The translations under genes were made by a program, and so were the position numbers. Source: a virus. Taken from it: a stretch of DNA of 64,000 nucleotides. Of the stretch, positions 1 through 10,208 are shown in pieces (position 1 is the stretch's first letter; every line of letters begins with the position of its first letter). Location of the stretch: positions 1-64,000 of IMG/VR virus record IMGVR_UViG_3300042691_007361, one strand, 5' to 3'. The notes under the pieces are model-generated. The model saw only the letters and a program-made list of their open reading frames with translations. It was not told where the DNA came from and made no database searches.

Positions 1-115
1 TGTCCATTCTATAAGAAGCTATCTCTTCTACAAACTCATCACGGATTACAGAGTTCTTAATTCCCTCCATGATTTGTTTTCTATTCTTCCATAGATCCTT
101 TATTTTACCTGCCAT
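1..115 (-). CDS. Hypothetical phage protein, runs off the window edge
   Basis: Hand-translated from the ATG at 115: MAGKIKDLWKNRKQIMEGIKNSVIRDEFVEEIASYRMD...; overlaps the stop of the IHF-like gene. Confidence 0.6.
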   Translation of the reverse strand, partial: MAGKIKDLWKNRKQIMEGIKNSVIRDEFVEEIASYRMD

Positions 116-461
116 CTTTGAATTTCTTTTTTTCCTCTAAAAACTCTACTATATTCTTTTTAGCATTGTAAAGTTTCTCAAGTCTTTGTTCTACCAATTT
201 TAAGTTGTGATAATTTTTAAATGTATCTCTGTTATATTGCTTCAATGCTCCTTCATGTTTTTTTATTTGGACATTTACTGCACGTTGTTTAATTAAAAAG
301 TGTCCTAAACCTGGTAAGTTTATTCTTGGTTCTTCTAAACTTGAAAGGCATCTTCTTACTTCTTTATAATAAAAACTTACAATATCATCTACTAATGACT
401 GAGGAAGATCTAGTTCTTCTGCTACTTGCTTAATTATTACCTGCGGTTTCTTGGGTATCAT
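105..461 (-). CDS. HU/IHF-like DNA-binding protein
   Basis: IIKQVAEELDLPQSLVDDIV...INLPGLGHF matches the HU/IHF pattern; IHF-like genes are typical of crAss-like structural modules. Confidence 0.75.
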   Translation of the reverse strand: MIPKKPQVIIKQVAEELDLPQSLVDDIVSFYYKEVRRCLSSLEEPRINLPGLGHFLIKQRAVNVQIKKHEGALKQYNRDTFKNYHNLKLVEQRLEKLYNAKKNIVEFLEEKKKFKDGR

Positions 462-819
462 TTCCTAAGAATTTATAGTCAAGCAATACTGTTCCTTCAG
501 TCTGTATTTGTAAAGCTGGATTAAGCATAATAACTTTCTTGTTACTTCCATCTTTTACAACAAGATTATTCTTTTCTGCTTTGTTAATACAGTTACGTAC
601 AGTCTGTGGTGTTTTAAAGATCCAATCTTCTTCTGCTGAAGCATCATAACAAAAGTGTGTCAGCTCTATTGGCTGATTGAAGCTAAGTAAGGTAAGACAG
701 TTAAGATCAGATTCACTCACTGCTATACGGTTAATATAGCAATGAGTTAGTATCTGAAACTTTACTACTTCCCACTTAGGCATACGCACACGCTTCTGTA
801 CTTGATTTACTAAAGCCAT
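430..819 (-). CDS. Putative winged-helix DNA-binding protein
   Basis: 129 aa; FKTPQTVRNCINKAEKNNLVVK resembles a wHTH recognition helix plus wing. Confidence 0.45.
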   Translation of the reverse strand: MALVNQVQKRVRMPKWEVVKFQILTHCYINRIAVSESDLNCLTLLSFNQPIELTHFCYDASAEEDWIFKTPQTVRNCINKAEKNNLVVKDGSNKKVIMLNPALQIQTEGTVLLDYKFLGNDTQETAGNN

Positions 820-821
820 GA

Positions 822-1091
822 CTAGGATTTTTTAAGCTTTCTCTCTTTAGATATTTCTTCACGCAACTCTTCTGGTGACTCAGACTCCTGTGGTGGATTC
901 ATCATCATTGCATACTGAAGTTGATACTGTGCTCTTTCAAAACGAGCTTTGTCAATCTTCATTAAAAGTTCCTCATGTTGAAATTGAGCATTCAAATAAG
1001 GAATTGATTCTGTGTAGAACTGCAACATTTCTTCTTTTCTTGCTTGCAATTCTTCATGTGTGAGCTCTTGCTCTTCTACTTTACTTTCCAT
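822..1091 (-). CDS. Hypothetical coiled-coil protein
   Basis: Likely start MESKVEEQ at 1091, preceded by a TATATTTG Bacteroidota -7 box. Confidence 0.6.
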   Translation of the reverse strand: MESKVEEQELTHEELQARKEEMLQFYTESIPYLNAQFQHEELLMKIDKARFERAQYQLQYAMMMNPPQESESPEELREEISKERKLKKS

Positions 1092-1156
1092 AATTACTGT
1101 ATTGGTTTTAGCAAATATACAATAAAAGTTTAAACTTGATATATTTAAAAGTAAAA

Positions 1157-1183
1157 AACCCAACCAGTTAGACTAGTTGGGTT
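1157..1183 (-). terminator. Intrinsic terminator-like hairpin
   Basis: AACCCAAC...GTTGGGTT inverted repeat with an A-run on the plus-strand 5' side (U-tract on the minus strand). Confidence 0.5.
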
Positions 1184-1201
1184 AAAGTGTTAGTAGAGCG
1201 G

Positions 1202-1360
1202 TTAGCGGTTTTTAATTGTAAAGTTTAGAAGAGTAAACATATAGAACTCTCTTGATATGTCTACTTCTATAATAAAGAAATCAATTGCACCTAATCTAAA
1301 TCTAATAGCAAACTTGTCCCAAAGTTTGTTTTTTGCTGCCCAACTATTTCTAAACTTCAT
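1202..1360 (-). CDS. Small hypothetical protein (52 aa), not in the ORF track
   Basis: MKFRNSWAAKNKLWDKFAIRFRLGAIDFFIIEVDISREFYMFTLLNFTIKNR; abuts the endolysin stop. Confidence 0.6.
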   Translation of the reverse strand: MKFRNSWAAKNKLWDKFAIRFRLGAIDFFIIEVDISREFYMFTLLNFTIKNR

Positions 1361-1361
1361 A

Positions 1362-1829
1362 CTATTCTTTTATTTCAAAGTGCATCCAGTCATAATCTTT
1401 TTCTACTCCCAAAGAAATAAACCCATGTTTGTAGAATATATCTATCATAGGCTTGTATTCTGGTCTAGCAAAACGTGCAGTACGTTTTGTTTCTTTTAGT
1501 GTATTTCTAGCAGGATCAAGATCTATTGCTATTCCCCAAGCATGTTTACTCCATGAAGCTCCTCCACGCATTTTGCGGTAATTAAAACAACCACCAAAAA
1601 GATCAATACCAAGTTCTTTTATTCTTGCTGACCCATAGTGAGAAAGAAGATCATTAAATACAGCAAGAAGATTATCAGCTATATCTTTATGACATCTTAC
1701 TCTACTTGTTGTAGTATCAGCATCCCATGCTATGCGCAGTGGATAAGGACAGATGATTGTAGTTAAATACGCTGCCCCTGTTTCTGTTGGCTTGCCGTAT
1801 TTAGCTGTTGCTTGTGCTGTAGTTAACAT
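1362..1829 (-). CDS. Endolysin, M15 family peptidase
   Basis: FNYRKMRGG..WSKHAWGIAIDLD and DWMHFE are the M15 Zn-binding motifs (SxHxxGxAxD, HxE). Confidence 0.85.
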   Translation of the reverse strand: MLTTAQATAKYGKPTETGAAYLTTIICPYPLRIAWDADTTTSRVRCHKDIADNLLAVFNDLLSHYGSARIKELGIDLFGGCFNYRKMRGGASWSKHAWGIAIDLDPARNTLKETKRTARFARPEYKPMIDIFYKHGFISLGVEKDYDWMHFEIKE

Positions 1830-1830
1830 A

Positions 1831-2133
1831 TTATTTTACTTTCAGTTGAACCTTGACTAGTTCACCTACCATATCAGATAGGTCACCTATTTTACTAGCC
1901 ATGGTTTTAATCTCTTGTTGAGTTGTTTCTTGAATAAGCTGATATTTTAATCTATGCTCTTGTTCTAACAACTCAATCTTTCCTTTGAGCTTTCCTTGTT
2001 CTTCAATGTGACGATGACTATCATCTTTCAGCTCCTTAAGATCTGATGTAATGTTATTATATGCTGTTCTTAAGAAGAAGCCGATGAGTGCAAGTATGGT
2101 ACCTGCTGCAAAAAGAGTTATTGTTAGATCCAT
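1831..2133 (-). CDS. Membrane-anchored coiled-coil lysis-cassette protein
   Basis: N-terminal TM helix followed by a coiled coil; adjacent to the endolysin. Confidence 0.5.
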   Translation of the reverse strand: MDLTITLFAAGTILALIGFFLRTAYNNITSDLKELKDDSHRHIEEQGKLKGKIELLEQEHRLKYQLIQETTQQEIKTMASKIGDLSDMVGELVKVQLKVK

Positions 2134-2181
2134 GATTTACAAATATTATAGATATAATATAAGTAAAAATACGTAATTATC

Positions 2182-2406
2182 CTAATCTTCTTGTTCTTTT
2201 TTGTCTTCTACTGTAAGTTGAGACAAAGCTGCTGCCACTCCTCCGGCAGTTACTAAGTATCCTCCTAATGTTACGAGAGTAGCTGGCAAGGCTATAGGCG
2301 CAGCTATAAGCACGCCTCCTATTGCGCCTGCTACCAAACCCACCTTCTGAACCTTCTTCCAAAATGTTGGAGTCTTAGCACTCCATCTGTCTTTAAGTGT
2401 TTTCAT
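2182..2406 (-). CDS. Holin-like protein
   Basis: 74 aa with two TM helices, basic N-terminus and charged C-terminus; in the lysis cassette. Confidence 0.6.
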   Translation of the reverse strand: MKTLKDRWSAKTPTFWKKVQKVGLVAGAIGGVLIAAPIALPATLVTLGGYLVTAGGVAAALSQLTVEDKKEQED

Positions 2407-2408
2407 AA

Positions 2409-2648
2409 TTAAGAGTTAAATTCTACTGAATTGTATTGTGCTTTTATTGTTCCGTCTTGCAATGTAAAATTGTATAAATAAGGAAAATAAGGAATAATGT
2501 AAATATTTGCAATTGCCTCAAATGTAGCTTGGTCTGAAGTCCAATCTGACATTACAACAACATAAGATATTATATTATTAATATCGCAAAATACAACATT
2601 CCCGTATTGTTCTAGTTCTTGCACTAAAGCATTTCTATCTACTGCCAT
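2409..2648 (-). CDS. Hypothetical tail-associated protein
   Basis: Tightly packed ORF in the tail gene run. Confidence 0.5.
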   Translation of the reverse strand: MAVDRNALVQELEQYGNVVFCDINNIISYVVVMSDWTSDQATFEAIANIYIIPYFPYLYNFTLQDGTIKAQYNSVEFNS

Positions 2649-2650
2649 AT

Positions 2651-3241
2651 TTAATATTTAAAGCGTATATTCATTCTATAACTATATCTAAATCCATTAC
2701 CTGTAGGAAAAGAAGGATCATTATTTGCAAAAGCCCCTTTATTTGTTATTAAGGTTGACTCTGCAGAACCAAATCCACTTGTCCAACTTCCATCACGATT
2801 TTCCCATCCTAATATTAAATTGCTTGTCCCATTATAACAAAAAGGCGTATCAAAATTAATAACTAACCATCCACTTGTTGATATAGTCCAGTTAAATGTT
2901 TTTACAATACTCACGTCTGAAACTGGCATATCTGACCAATCAATTGCAGGATTTGCATCAAATTGTGTCGTTGCAGGTGCTAAATGCGCTAATTTAATTG
3001 TTTGGTTGTTGTATGTGTAAGGAACAGTATACCCACCTATTTCTATCTCTATTCCTGTAATTTGTTTTGCTCCTGCCATTTCAGCAGCATTCCAAATCAT
3101 AGAAGTCCAAGAAAAATTAAATAACCCATAAGCAGGATATTGAAAAATGTTAGTTGTGCCAGTACCAACTTGAAGGTTCAAACCTTGAACATTTACACAA
3201 CCTCCTAAATTGCTGAAATATGGATTAATAATCATTGACAT
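2651..3241 (-). CDS. Putative receptor-binding/fibre-tip beta-sandwich protein
   Basis: MIINPY N-terminus; GWLVINFDTPFCYNGTSNL resembles Bacteroidota adhesin-like beta-sandwich motifs. Confidence 0.5.
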   Translation of the reverse strand: MSMIINPYFSNLGGCVNVQGLNLQVGTGTTNIFQYPAYGLFNFSWTSMIWNAAEMAGAKQITGIEIEIGGYTVPYTYNNQTIKLAHLAPATTQFDANPAIDWSDMPVSDVSIVKTFNWTISTSGWLVINFDTPFCYNGTSNLILGWENRDGSWTSGFGSAESTLITNKGAFANNDPSFPTGNGFRYSYRMNIRFKY

Positions 3242-3244
3242 AAC

Positions 3245-5680
3245 TTATGCTCTAGTTCCTATTAAAGTTATTTTTAGCCCTCTTGCTCCCGCTGTACCTA
3301 CAGTATCTATATCTACAGTAATCTCTCCATCATCTGTAAGTGCAGAAGTAACAATAGTTGCAGGAGTTGCTGCAGTTACAGTTGTTCTTTCGTTATTATC
3401 AAATGTAAGTTTTGTACCTAATACAGATACACCATTTAGATTAATATCTACAGTAAGCAATGCTCCTGCTGTTTGTGCTGTGGTTAGTGAAGCTCTAACT
3501 GCTGTTAATGTCATTGCGTGAGGCATTCTGAAAGTTACCTTTGCAGTTCCCGTAGTCAAGTTTGTAGTTTCATCAGATGCAGCAGCTTGAATTTCAGCAG
3601 GCAAAGATTGGAATGCTGTTGAACCTAAAGTTGTACTTGTTAAAACTTGTCCTGCAGAACCAGCTCCATTTGGCAATGTATAAGCTCCATTTATATCTAC
3701 CCCTGTAGGAGTAACTTCAATTTTTCTAGTTGTTGCTCCAGCAGTTACTTGTAATTTAGACTGATTTTTGTCTATAAAAACAGATCCGCTGTTTCCAGCA
3801 TTGTCTCCTACTTCTAAACTACCAGCTACAGCACTAAATCTATAATCTCCTATTTTAGTTGTTCCGTCATCTACTATTATGACAACTTGACCATTTGCTG
3901 TTGTATCTTGAAATTCAAGTTGATTAGCATTTAAACTAACTATTCTTGGTGCTGTTATTGTACCATCAGAGTTGTATATGTTAACCCCACCGCTTGCTGC
4001 TTGCCAAGTACCATTACCACTAGCATCAGATGTCAAAACATGACCTGCTGTAGGTGTTGTAGTTAATTGGAAAGTAGTAGTTTTTGTTTGACCAACAACC
4101 TCTAAGTTTTGACCACTTGTATTTTTGGTATTATCAACAGTAAATTTAGCATCTAAACTTATTTGAGCAGTATTTATATTTATAGCCTTACCTGTACCAC
4201 CGCCTGATGTACCTAGAGTAATTCCTGATGGGCTAGCATCTATTAAAGTGTTGCTAGAGCCATCATCTGAATTAAATCTAAATGTACTTGTAAAGAATCC
4301 ATCATTAAAAAATAAGTCATTACCTGCTAAATCAACTTGTCTATCTCCTGATACAGTTCCGTCAGTGTTGTAAATATTTGTATTAGAAACAGTATTATCA
4401 ATAGTAAAGTTAGGATAAGTCCCTGTTACATTAATACCCGTACCTGAATTTAAAACAACAGTTTGATCAGGATTAGAATTAGTAATAGACATAGCTGTAG
4501 CAGTACTTCCTATTAAAATTCCACTACCTGCAGTTAAACCTTTTACTGCTAGTGATGGACCTGTACCATCATTTACTAATGAATTAGCACCACCTGAAGA
4601 TGTAAGAGTTACTCCTGTTGTAGGATCAGTATTACTTATAGTAAAATTAGGGTAAGTACCTGTTACGCCAATCCCTGTTCCAGCATTAAGTACTACTGTT
4701 TGGTCAGGAGCTGAGTTAGTAACCGTAATTGTACCACTACTTGTAATAGGATTTGTTCCTGCTAATGAAATACCTGTTCCCGCAGTGATTCCTGCTGAAG
4801 TAACTGTACCAACACTCCAAGTTCTATCTGCTGATAAATCTTGTGTTGTACCATTTATAGTAACATTTCTAGTAGATGGAACTTTACTATTGAACGTATT
4901 CCAATCTGTAGAAGAAAGATAACCATCTGATGCTGCACCTGACTGACTTATACTAATAGCAGGTGTTGTACCTCCTGAAGATGCAATTGGAGCTGTACCT
5001 GTTACACTCGTTACTGCACCTGTAGGTACAACTTGATTAAGTGTAGTAGTAGCTACTGAGTAGTTTGTATTTCCTTCTGTATGAAAAGTAATTGAGTTAG
5101 TATTAGAGTCTGTATTAGTTACTCTAACTTTAACTACAATTCTATCTGTTGTAAGTACAGTAGATGCAGGAAATACACCATCTGAAAGCAACATAACTGC
5201 TGATCCTGTAAGGGTTGATGTAGGAACCGCATCTGTTGTTAACAATAATGTTTCTATTCCACCTAGATCTCTTTTGTATACCTCAGCAAATACATCCCAA
5301 GAATCTCCTGTTGTTCCTGAAAAATGCAAATAAAAAGCCCATCTTCCTCCAGGAATGTTTGTAGTACCTGGTACACCTGATGGTGTTTGAAATGATTGGA
5401 TAGTTACTGTTGCTCCTGATGCTATAGAAGTTACAATAGTTTGCTCTGCTGAAGCTGTAAGTGCAGAAGTAAATTCTTTATATGGAGCTTGAGTAACACT
5501 TTCATTTAGATAATAGGTAGTATTACCTATTCCGCCTGGAATATTTACTGTAACATCATCTCCAATAGCACTAGCTGTAACACCATCACCTGTAAAGTTT
5601 ATGCTGTTTACATCAGGTGTAATTGATACTCCTTCTTCTTGAATATCAATTCTCTTCTTTATGTTGATTTCTGTACTCAT
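3245..5680 (-). CDS. Tail fibre protein
   Basis: 811 aa, Thr/Gly/Ser-rich; internal repeats (PDQTVVLNxGTGIxVTGTYPNFTI x2), GYLSSTDWNTFNSK and GQVLTS fibre motifs. Confidence 0.8.
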   Translation of the reverse strand: MSTEINIKKRIDIQEEGVSITPDVNSINFTGDGVTASAIGDDVTVNIPGGIGNTTYYLNESVTQAPYKEFTSALTASAEQTIVTSIASGATVTIQSFQTPSGVPGTTNIPGGRWAFYLHFSGTTGDSWDVFAEVYKRDLGGIETLLLTTDAVPTSTLTGSAVMLLSDGVFPASTVLTTDRIVVKVRVTNTDSNTNSITFHTEGNTNYSVATTTLNQVVPTGAVTSVTGTAPIASSGGTTPAISISQSGAASDGYLSSTDWNTFNSKVPSTRNVTINGTTQDLSADRTWSVGTVTSAGITAGTGISLAGTNPITSSGTITVTNSAPDQTVVLNAGTGIGVTGTYPNFTISNTDPTTGVTLTSSGGANSLVNDGTGPSLAVKGLTAGSGILIGSTATAMSITNSNPDQTVVLNSGTGINVTGTYPNFTIDNTVSNTNIYNTDGTVSGDRQVDLAGNDLFFNDGFFTSTFRFNSDDGSSNTLIDASPSGITLGTSGGGTGKAININTAQISLDAKFTVDNTKNTSGQNLEVVGQTKTTTFQLTTTPTAGHVLTSDASGNGTWQAASGGVNIYNSDGTITAPRIVSLNANQLEFQDTTANGQVVIIVDDGTTKIGDYRFSAVAGSLEVGDNAGNSGSVFIDKNQSKLQVTAGATTRKIEVTPTGVDINGAYTLPNGAGSAGQVLTSTTLGSTAFQSLPAEIQAAASDETTNLTTGTAKVTFRMPHAMTLTAVRASLTTAQTAGALLTVDINLNGVSVLGTKLTFDNNERTTVTAATPATIVTSALTDDGEITVDIDTVGTAGARGLKITLIGTRA

Positions 5681-6345
5681 TAGTATATTTTATTTAAGAT
5701 AAATATATCACTGTAAATATTGTTTCCTGTAGAAGCAGCATCCCATTGAGCTGTTACATCTAATGTATTAGAAATTGTTGTATCAAATGTTGTATTATTA
5801 ACTACGTTAAATCCAAATCCTTGCACAGAAGCGTTGTTAGTTTTTGTATAATGAAACGCACCTAAAGTTACAATAGATGCCACACCAGCAGCTCCTATAG
5901 TTCTAACAGTAAAATCAATATTTAAAGACCAAACATCATTTATAACAGAAGCTCCTAGATTCTGTGCAAGACTGTCTAAAAGAATAACACCTCCCGCTAC
6001 AACTCTAATTGTAATATTTTGATTATTATTAGCATTCATTACACCACCAAACACAGCTCTAAAACTATCTCCTACAGAGAATCCATTAGCGGGTACAGTT
6101 AATGTGCCTACACCGCCATTGATAAGACTGCTTTCCACAGTAGTGTTAGTAATTATAGTACTGTTTGCAGTTTGAGCAAAAAGTCCATAATTAGTAGCAG
6201 GTGCATTACCAGGGATATTTACTGTTGCTTTACCTCCAACATTAGTTACAGTTACTCCTGTGCCAGTGAAGTTAATAACGTCATTAGCAGGTACAGTAGT
6301 GCCTTCATCTTGAACGATGGTTCTTATGGAGATACTTGTACTCAT
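5680..6345 (-). CDS. Short tail fibre/structural protein
   Basis: N-terminus (QDEG...INFTGTGVT) paralogous to that of 3245..5680. Confidence 0.65.
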   Translation of the reverse strand: MSTSISIRTIVQDEGTTVPANDVINFTGTGVTVTNVGGKATVNIPGNAPATNYGLFAQTANSTIITNTTVESSLINGGVGTLTVPANGFSVGDSFRAVFGGVMNANNNQNITIRVVAGGVILLDSLAQNLGASVINDVWSLNIDFTVRTIGAAGVASIVTLGAFHYTKTNNASVQGFGFNVVNNTTFDTTISNTLDVTAQWDAASTGNNIYSDIFILNKIY

Positions 6346-6347
6346 TA

Positions 6348-7211
6348 TTATGAAATATAAGTAATAATAAATGTTGTTCCTGTAGCATCAAAACTTATTG
6401 AATCAAGAGTATTATTTAATGCTCCACCATCAAAGCTAACAGTCATTCCTGCAGGAATTGTAACTCCATAAATAAGACCATCAGCTCCACCAACATTTGC
6501 AATAGAGAAACTATATACGCCTGCTGTTGTAGAACCTAATCCTGTCGCACTAGCAATACTTGGTGTTCTTAGTACAGACGTAGTATTAGTTACTAATTGT
6601 GCAACATTTGAATCTACACTAAGCAATGTAACTTCTGTAGCTAGTCCTGTAGTATTGGTTTCAATATTAGATAAGCTTGTTCCTTGTTCAGTACAAAGAG
6701 TAACAGAAAGTGAACTTGCGCATGCACTTTGACCAGCTGTATATAGTGCTAGTAAGCTTTGTAATTCTGTTACAGTATCTCCTGTATTTGTTTCAATATC
6801 AGTAAGAATAAGATTACCTGCTTCAATAGCTCCTAAGATAAGTGCTAATACACCAGAAGGATCTGTATATACTAAACATCCTGGGGTAGCTGCTCCTGGA
6901 GGAACTACTGGTGTTGAACTTCCAGGTAAATAATATGTAATTGGACCCCATGTTGAATCATCAGGATTCCATACTCTTACTTCTAAGTATACTGTATCTC
7001 CATTACAAGTATCTACTACAAACTTAGCTTCATATTCTGTACTTGCTTGAAGTGTAGTTAGAATTGCAGAAAGTAAAAATTCTACATCATCTGTATTGGC
7101 GTTAATCTGCGTAAGTTGATCACATGCACATTGTTGACCAAGCAGCATTTTTAGTTGCCATGGGAAATTATTACTTTGATTTCCTGAGTCTCTTAAGTTT
7201 CCTATTGACAT
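6348..7211 (-). CDS. Virion structural protein
   Basis: 287 aa, Thr-rich, beta-rich C-terminal domain; within the tail module. Confidence 0.55.
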   Translation of the reverse strand: MSIGNLRDSGNQSNNFPWQLKMLLGQQCACDQLTQINANTDDVEFLLSAILTTLQASTEYEAKFVVDTCNGDTVYLEVRVWNPDDSTWGPITYYLPGSSTPVVPPGAATPGCLVYTDPSGVLALILGAIEAGNLILTDIETNTGDTVTELQSLLALYTAGQSACASSLSVTLCTEQGTSLSNIETNTTGLATEVTLLSVDSNVAQLVTNTTSVLRTPSIASATGLGSTTAGVYSFSIANVGGADGLIYGVTIPAGMTVSFDGGALNNTLDSISFDATGTTFIITYIS

Positions 7212-7220
7212 AATTTAAAG

Positions 7221-7547
7221 TTATTGTGCTATTGATACTAGCAAGTTAGCAAAAGAGTTTATCTTACCTTTGTTAATGTTTGATAAACTAGAGTAATCTA
7301 CTTCTACTACATCTGTTTCTACTCCTGATACTACAACATAGTTACAATCTTCAAAGTTGTGTGCAGAGTTAAGAATATTAACTGTAACATGACCTCCAAC
7401 AAGTGCAAAAAAGTTTGCACAGATTTCTTGTTGTGTTGCAGGTGCTTGATCAAGATCAATACTAAAAGATTTGTAATCTTCTGTTGCACCAAATACAGCT
7501 TCTGTGTTTACATCACCGCTGTTTCCCATTTGTACTATAAAGCTCAT
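7221..7547 (-). CDS. Hypothetical protein (possible spike chaperone)
   Basis: Directly downstream of the tailspike-like gene. Confidence 0.45.
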   Translation of the reverse strand: MSFIVQMGNSGDVNTEAVFGATEDYKSFSIDLDQAPATQQEICANFFALVGGHVTVNILNSAHNFEDCNYVVVSGVETDVVEVDYSSLSNINKGKINSFANLLVSIAQ

Positions 7548-7559
7548 ATTTTTATTTTT

Positions 7560-9188
7560 TTAGATGAATCCTATTGCTATAATATTAGGATCTTGTACAA
7601 ATCCTGTTGGAGATAGCAAATCTGTAATATTTGTATCATTTGGTTTTGTAGACCTACTGTTCATAATTCTAACATTATTTACAGGCTGAGCAGGAGCAGA
7701 ATTCCTTACAAAGAATCCTATAGCATCTGATCCTGAATGAACAGTATTATTAATGCATAACTGAGAAGCTGTTGTGTCCTTCCAAACAGCAGCTATATTA
7801 GGCTGTGTTGCCCCTGTACCAAGACTGTACATATGACAATTTTCAACCCATACTTTTCCACTTCCTCCCATACTAAATACAGGATATCCTTCTGATACTC
7901 CAACTAAATTATTCCAGTTCATCAAAGTACCATTTCTGAATACTACGTTTGAGTTACTAGCAACATATGCAATAAGATGGTTTGATCTTACATCACCGTT
8001 GATAATAGTTCTTGATGCGCCACTTGATCCTAAGCCGTATACACCAAACTGATTTTCAGCGTAGATATTACCATTTACTCTTAATGTACCAAAAGAATCA
8101 GTCCACCTTGTGATAGCTCCTGAAATACCCGCATAATACCCTGCAATAGGGTTAACTATTAAATCTCCGTTAAGTACTACTTCACCACCTAAGCTGTCTC
8201 GTATTGCTATTACTTGCTTAAAGTCTCCTCCATAATAATTACCTTCATGCAAATACATTCTAGGGCAAGTTACATAAAGTTTTCCTGAAAATGCTCTAAC
8301 AGCAAAAACTTGATGCCAAGCAGCAATTTCTTCTGTTACATTCATTATTACAGTTCCGCTAGTTCTGATTGTTATACCAAAACCTGTATTAAAAGTTTCT
8401 GCAAATATTTTTCTACCATTAAAAGTTGCAGATGAACCAGAAAATACTCCTATAGCAGCATACGCAGAATAAATTTCATCAAACTCAAATACAATTTTAG
8501 ATGCAGAACCTGTAATTCTTATCATTTCATTTGTTCCAGGAGTTCCTATAAATCTACCTTTTCCAAACACTTTTGCTTCTACCGATATACTGTTATCTAC
8601 AAAATAATAATTTTGTAAAACAGCACCTGGCTCAAAATAATAATCTGTAAAATCTTTAAAAACAATTACCCCACCAACATAATCACCTCTTCTTACATAG
8701 ATTAATGTTCTATTGGTTGATGTAGGAGTAAGAACTGCTGCAGCAAGCATTGCTGATGTCGGATCAGCGTGTGCTTTAGTAAAATCATTTTGTGCTGCTG
8801 TACCATTATTTCCATTTGTAGAATCTACAAAGATTACATTAGCATAGTTAACAGCTCCGCCTCCTGCAGCAACAAGTGGACTAGCCGAAGTACCATCACC
8901 TGTAATAGTAACACCATCAGTATATACACGTACAAAATTAATAACAGGATTTTGTGGATCAATATTATTTACTGTTAATACAGGACTTGGAAATACTGGA
9001 GTATTTACAGACTGTACTCCTGCAGGAAGAGATGCTACAAAATCATCTACAGTAATTCCAGTAGGTTGATAGAACCCATCAAATCTAGGATCTCTTGTTC
9101 CTAATGGAATCAAATCTGATCCATCAGGAGTTGTCTTTATCTTATTCCCACGGATAAGATTAAAGAAGTTAGTAATATTTTGTAACAT
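7560..9188 (-). CDS. Tailspike-like beta-helix protein (possible depolymerase)
   Basis: IFVDSTNGNNGTA...IYVRRGDY pectate-lyase-like entry motif followed by regular beta-strand rungs. Confidence 0.6.
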   Translation of the reverse strand: MLQNITNFFNLIRGNKIKTTPDGSDLIPLGTRDPRFDGFYQPTGITVDDFVASLPAGVQSVNTPVFPSPVLTVNNIDPQNPVINFVRVYTDGVTITGDGTSASPLVAAGGGAVNYANVIFVDSTNGNNGTAAQNDFTKAHADPTSAMLAAAVLTPTSTNRTLIYVRRGDYVGGVIVFKDFTDYYFEPGAVLQNYYFVDNSISVEAKVFGKGRFIGTPGTNEMIRITGSASKIVFEFDEIYSAYAAIGVFSGSSATFNGRKIFAETFNTGFGITIRTSGTVIMNVTEEIAAWHQVFAVRAFSGKLYVTCPRMYLHEGNYYGGDFKQVIAIRDSLGGEVVLNGDLIVNPIAGYYAGISGAITRWTDSFGTLRVNGNIYAENQFGVYGLGSSGASRTIINGDVRSNHLIAYVASNSNVVFRNGTLMNWNNLVGVSEGYPVFSMGGSGKVWVENCHMYSLGTGATQPNIAAVWKDTTASQLCINNTVHSGSDAIGFFVRNSAPAQPVNNVRIMNSRSTKPNDTNITDLLSPTGFVQDPNIIAIGFI

Positions 9189-9198
9189 CTTTTATAAT

Positions 9199-9468
9199 TT
9201 ATTTTCCTGTTGCTCTAATTTTAGCTACTACAACACTTACACCTTCTTGTTCAGATCGTAAAAGAACAAATGTTCCTACTGCAACTTCACCTATACTGAT
9301 AGCTTTATTAATTTCATCGTAGTTTTTAAAACTAGGTGTATTTTGAAATCTAGTGACTAGATCTGTAAGAATAGCTGCTTGAGTATCTTCTGAACTTGTT
9401 GTCTCATCAAGTCTATAACTTACAAGAGTTAGATTTCTTGTAGTTAAAAGTGCTTTTTGTTCTGCCAT
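9199..9468 (-). CDS. Small paralogous protein 1
   Basis: Shares an A(I/L/V)xxGx(I/V)xxxx(F/Y)V pattern with the two neighbouring ORFs. Confidence 0.55.
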   Translation of the reverse strand: MAEQKALLTTRNLTLVSYRLDETTSSEDTQAAILTDLVTRFQNTPSFKNYDEINKAISIGEVAVGTFVLLRSEQEGVSVVVAKIRATGK

Positions 9469-9486
9469 AATTTCTATGTTTTATTA

Positions 9487-9750
9487 TTATGCGTATCTCT
9501 CAAGAATGTTTCTTGCTGTGTCTACTACTACCTTAACAGTTGGACCTGGAACATAATCATATGCTACATATGTATCATTAGTAATAGTTCCATTATTAAG
9601 AGCAGTTTGAATATCTCCAGTACTTGCATAAACACCTCTAATTCCTAGATACAATGCAGTCATTGCATCAGAAATTTTATCTTGAGAGTTATTGATACCG
9701 TTAATCTTATAAGTTAAGCTGGTAATATTTTGTGTTGTTGTGTTTGCCAT
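9487..9750 (-). CDS. Small paralogous protein 2
   Basis: DIQTALNNGTITNDTYV...VDTARNI. Confidence 0.55.
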   Translation of the reverse strand: MANTTTQNITSLTYKINGINNSQDKISDAMTALYLGIRGVYASTGDIQTALNNGTITNDTYVAYDYVPGPTVKVVVDTARNILERYA

Positions 9751-9772
9751 GTTTTCTATTTTTTTAAATTGT

Positions 9773-10054
9773 TTATAAATAATCTTTTATGATGTTTGCT
9801 GCTGTATCAACAAAACGGGGTCTTGGTAAAAAAGCTATGCCATCTGCAAGAACATATTGATCAAGAGTGATTGCTCCTGAAGTAACAGCATTTTGAACGT
9901 CTACTGGTGTATTAAAAGTTCCATTTTCAACTATAGCAACAATCAACTCACTTAATGCTTGAGATTGCTGAAGATCTGTATTGTTAATTAGTGTTGTCTT
10001 ATAAATTCTTTCTGTAGAATTTTGTTTGGTCACAGGTGTGTAATATGACGGCAT
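9773..10054 (-). CDS. Small paralogous protein 3
   Basis: DVQNAVTSGAITLDQYV...VDTAANI. Confidence 0.55.
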   Translation of the reverse strand: MPSYYTPVTKQNSTERIYKTTLINNTDLQQSQALSELIVAIVENGTFNTPVDVQNAVTSGAITLDQYVLADGIAFLPRPRFVDTAANIIKDYL

Positions 10055-10074
10055 GACTTTTAAATTTTAAATGT

Positions 10075-10203
10075 TTAAACTTTATTTATTTTTTCTTGCA
10101 TGGATTCAAACCATGTCTTTGGTTTTTCTTCTTTTACAACTTTAGCCTTTGTTACTTTAGGCTTAGTCTCTGTAGCAGTTTCTGCTTTCTTCTTAGTTGC
10201 CAT
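10075..10203 (-). CDS. Small basic protein (42 aa), not in the ORF track
   Basis: MATKKKAETATETKPKVTKAKVVKEEKPKTWFESMQEKINKV fills the intergenic gap. Confidence 0.5.
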   Translation of the reverse strand: MATKKKAETATETKPKVTKAKVVKEEKPKTWFESMQEKINKV

Positions 10204-10208
10204 AGCTA

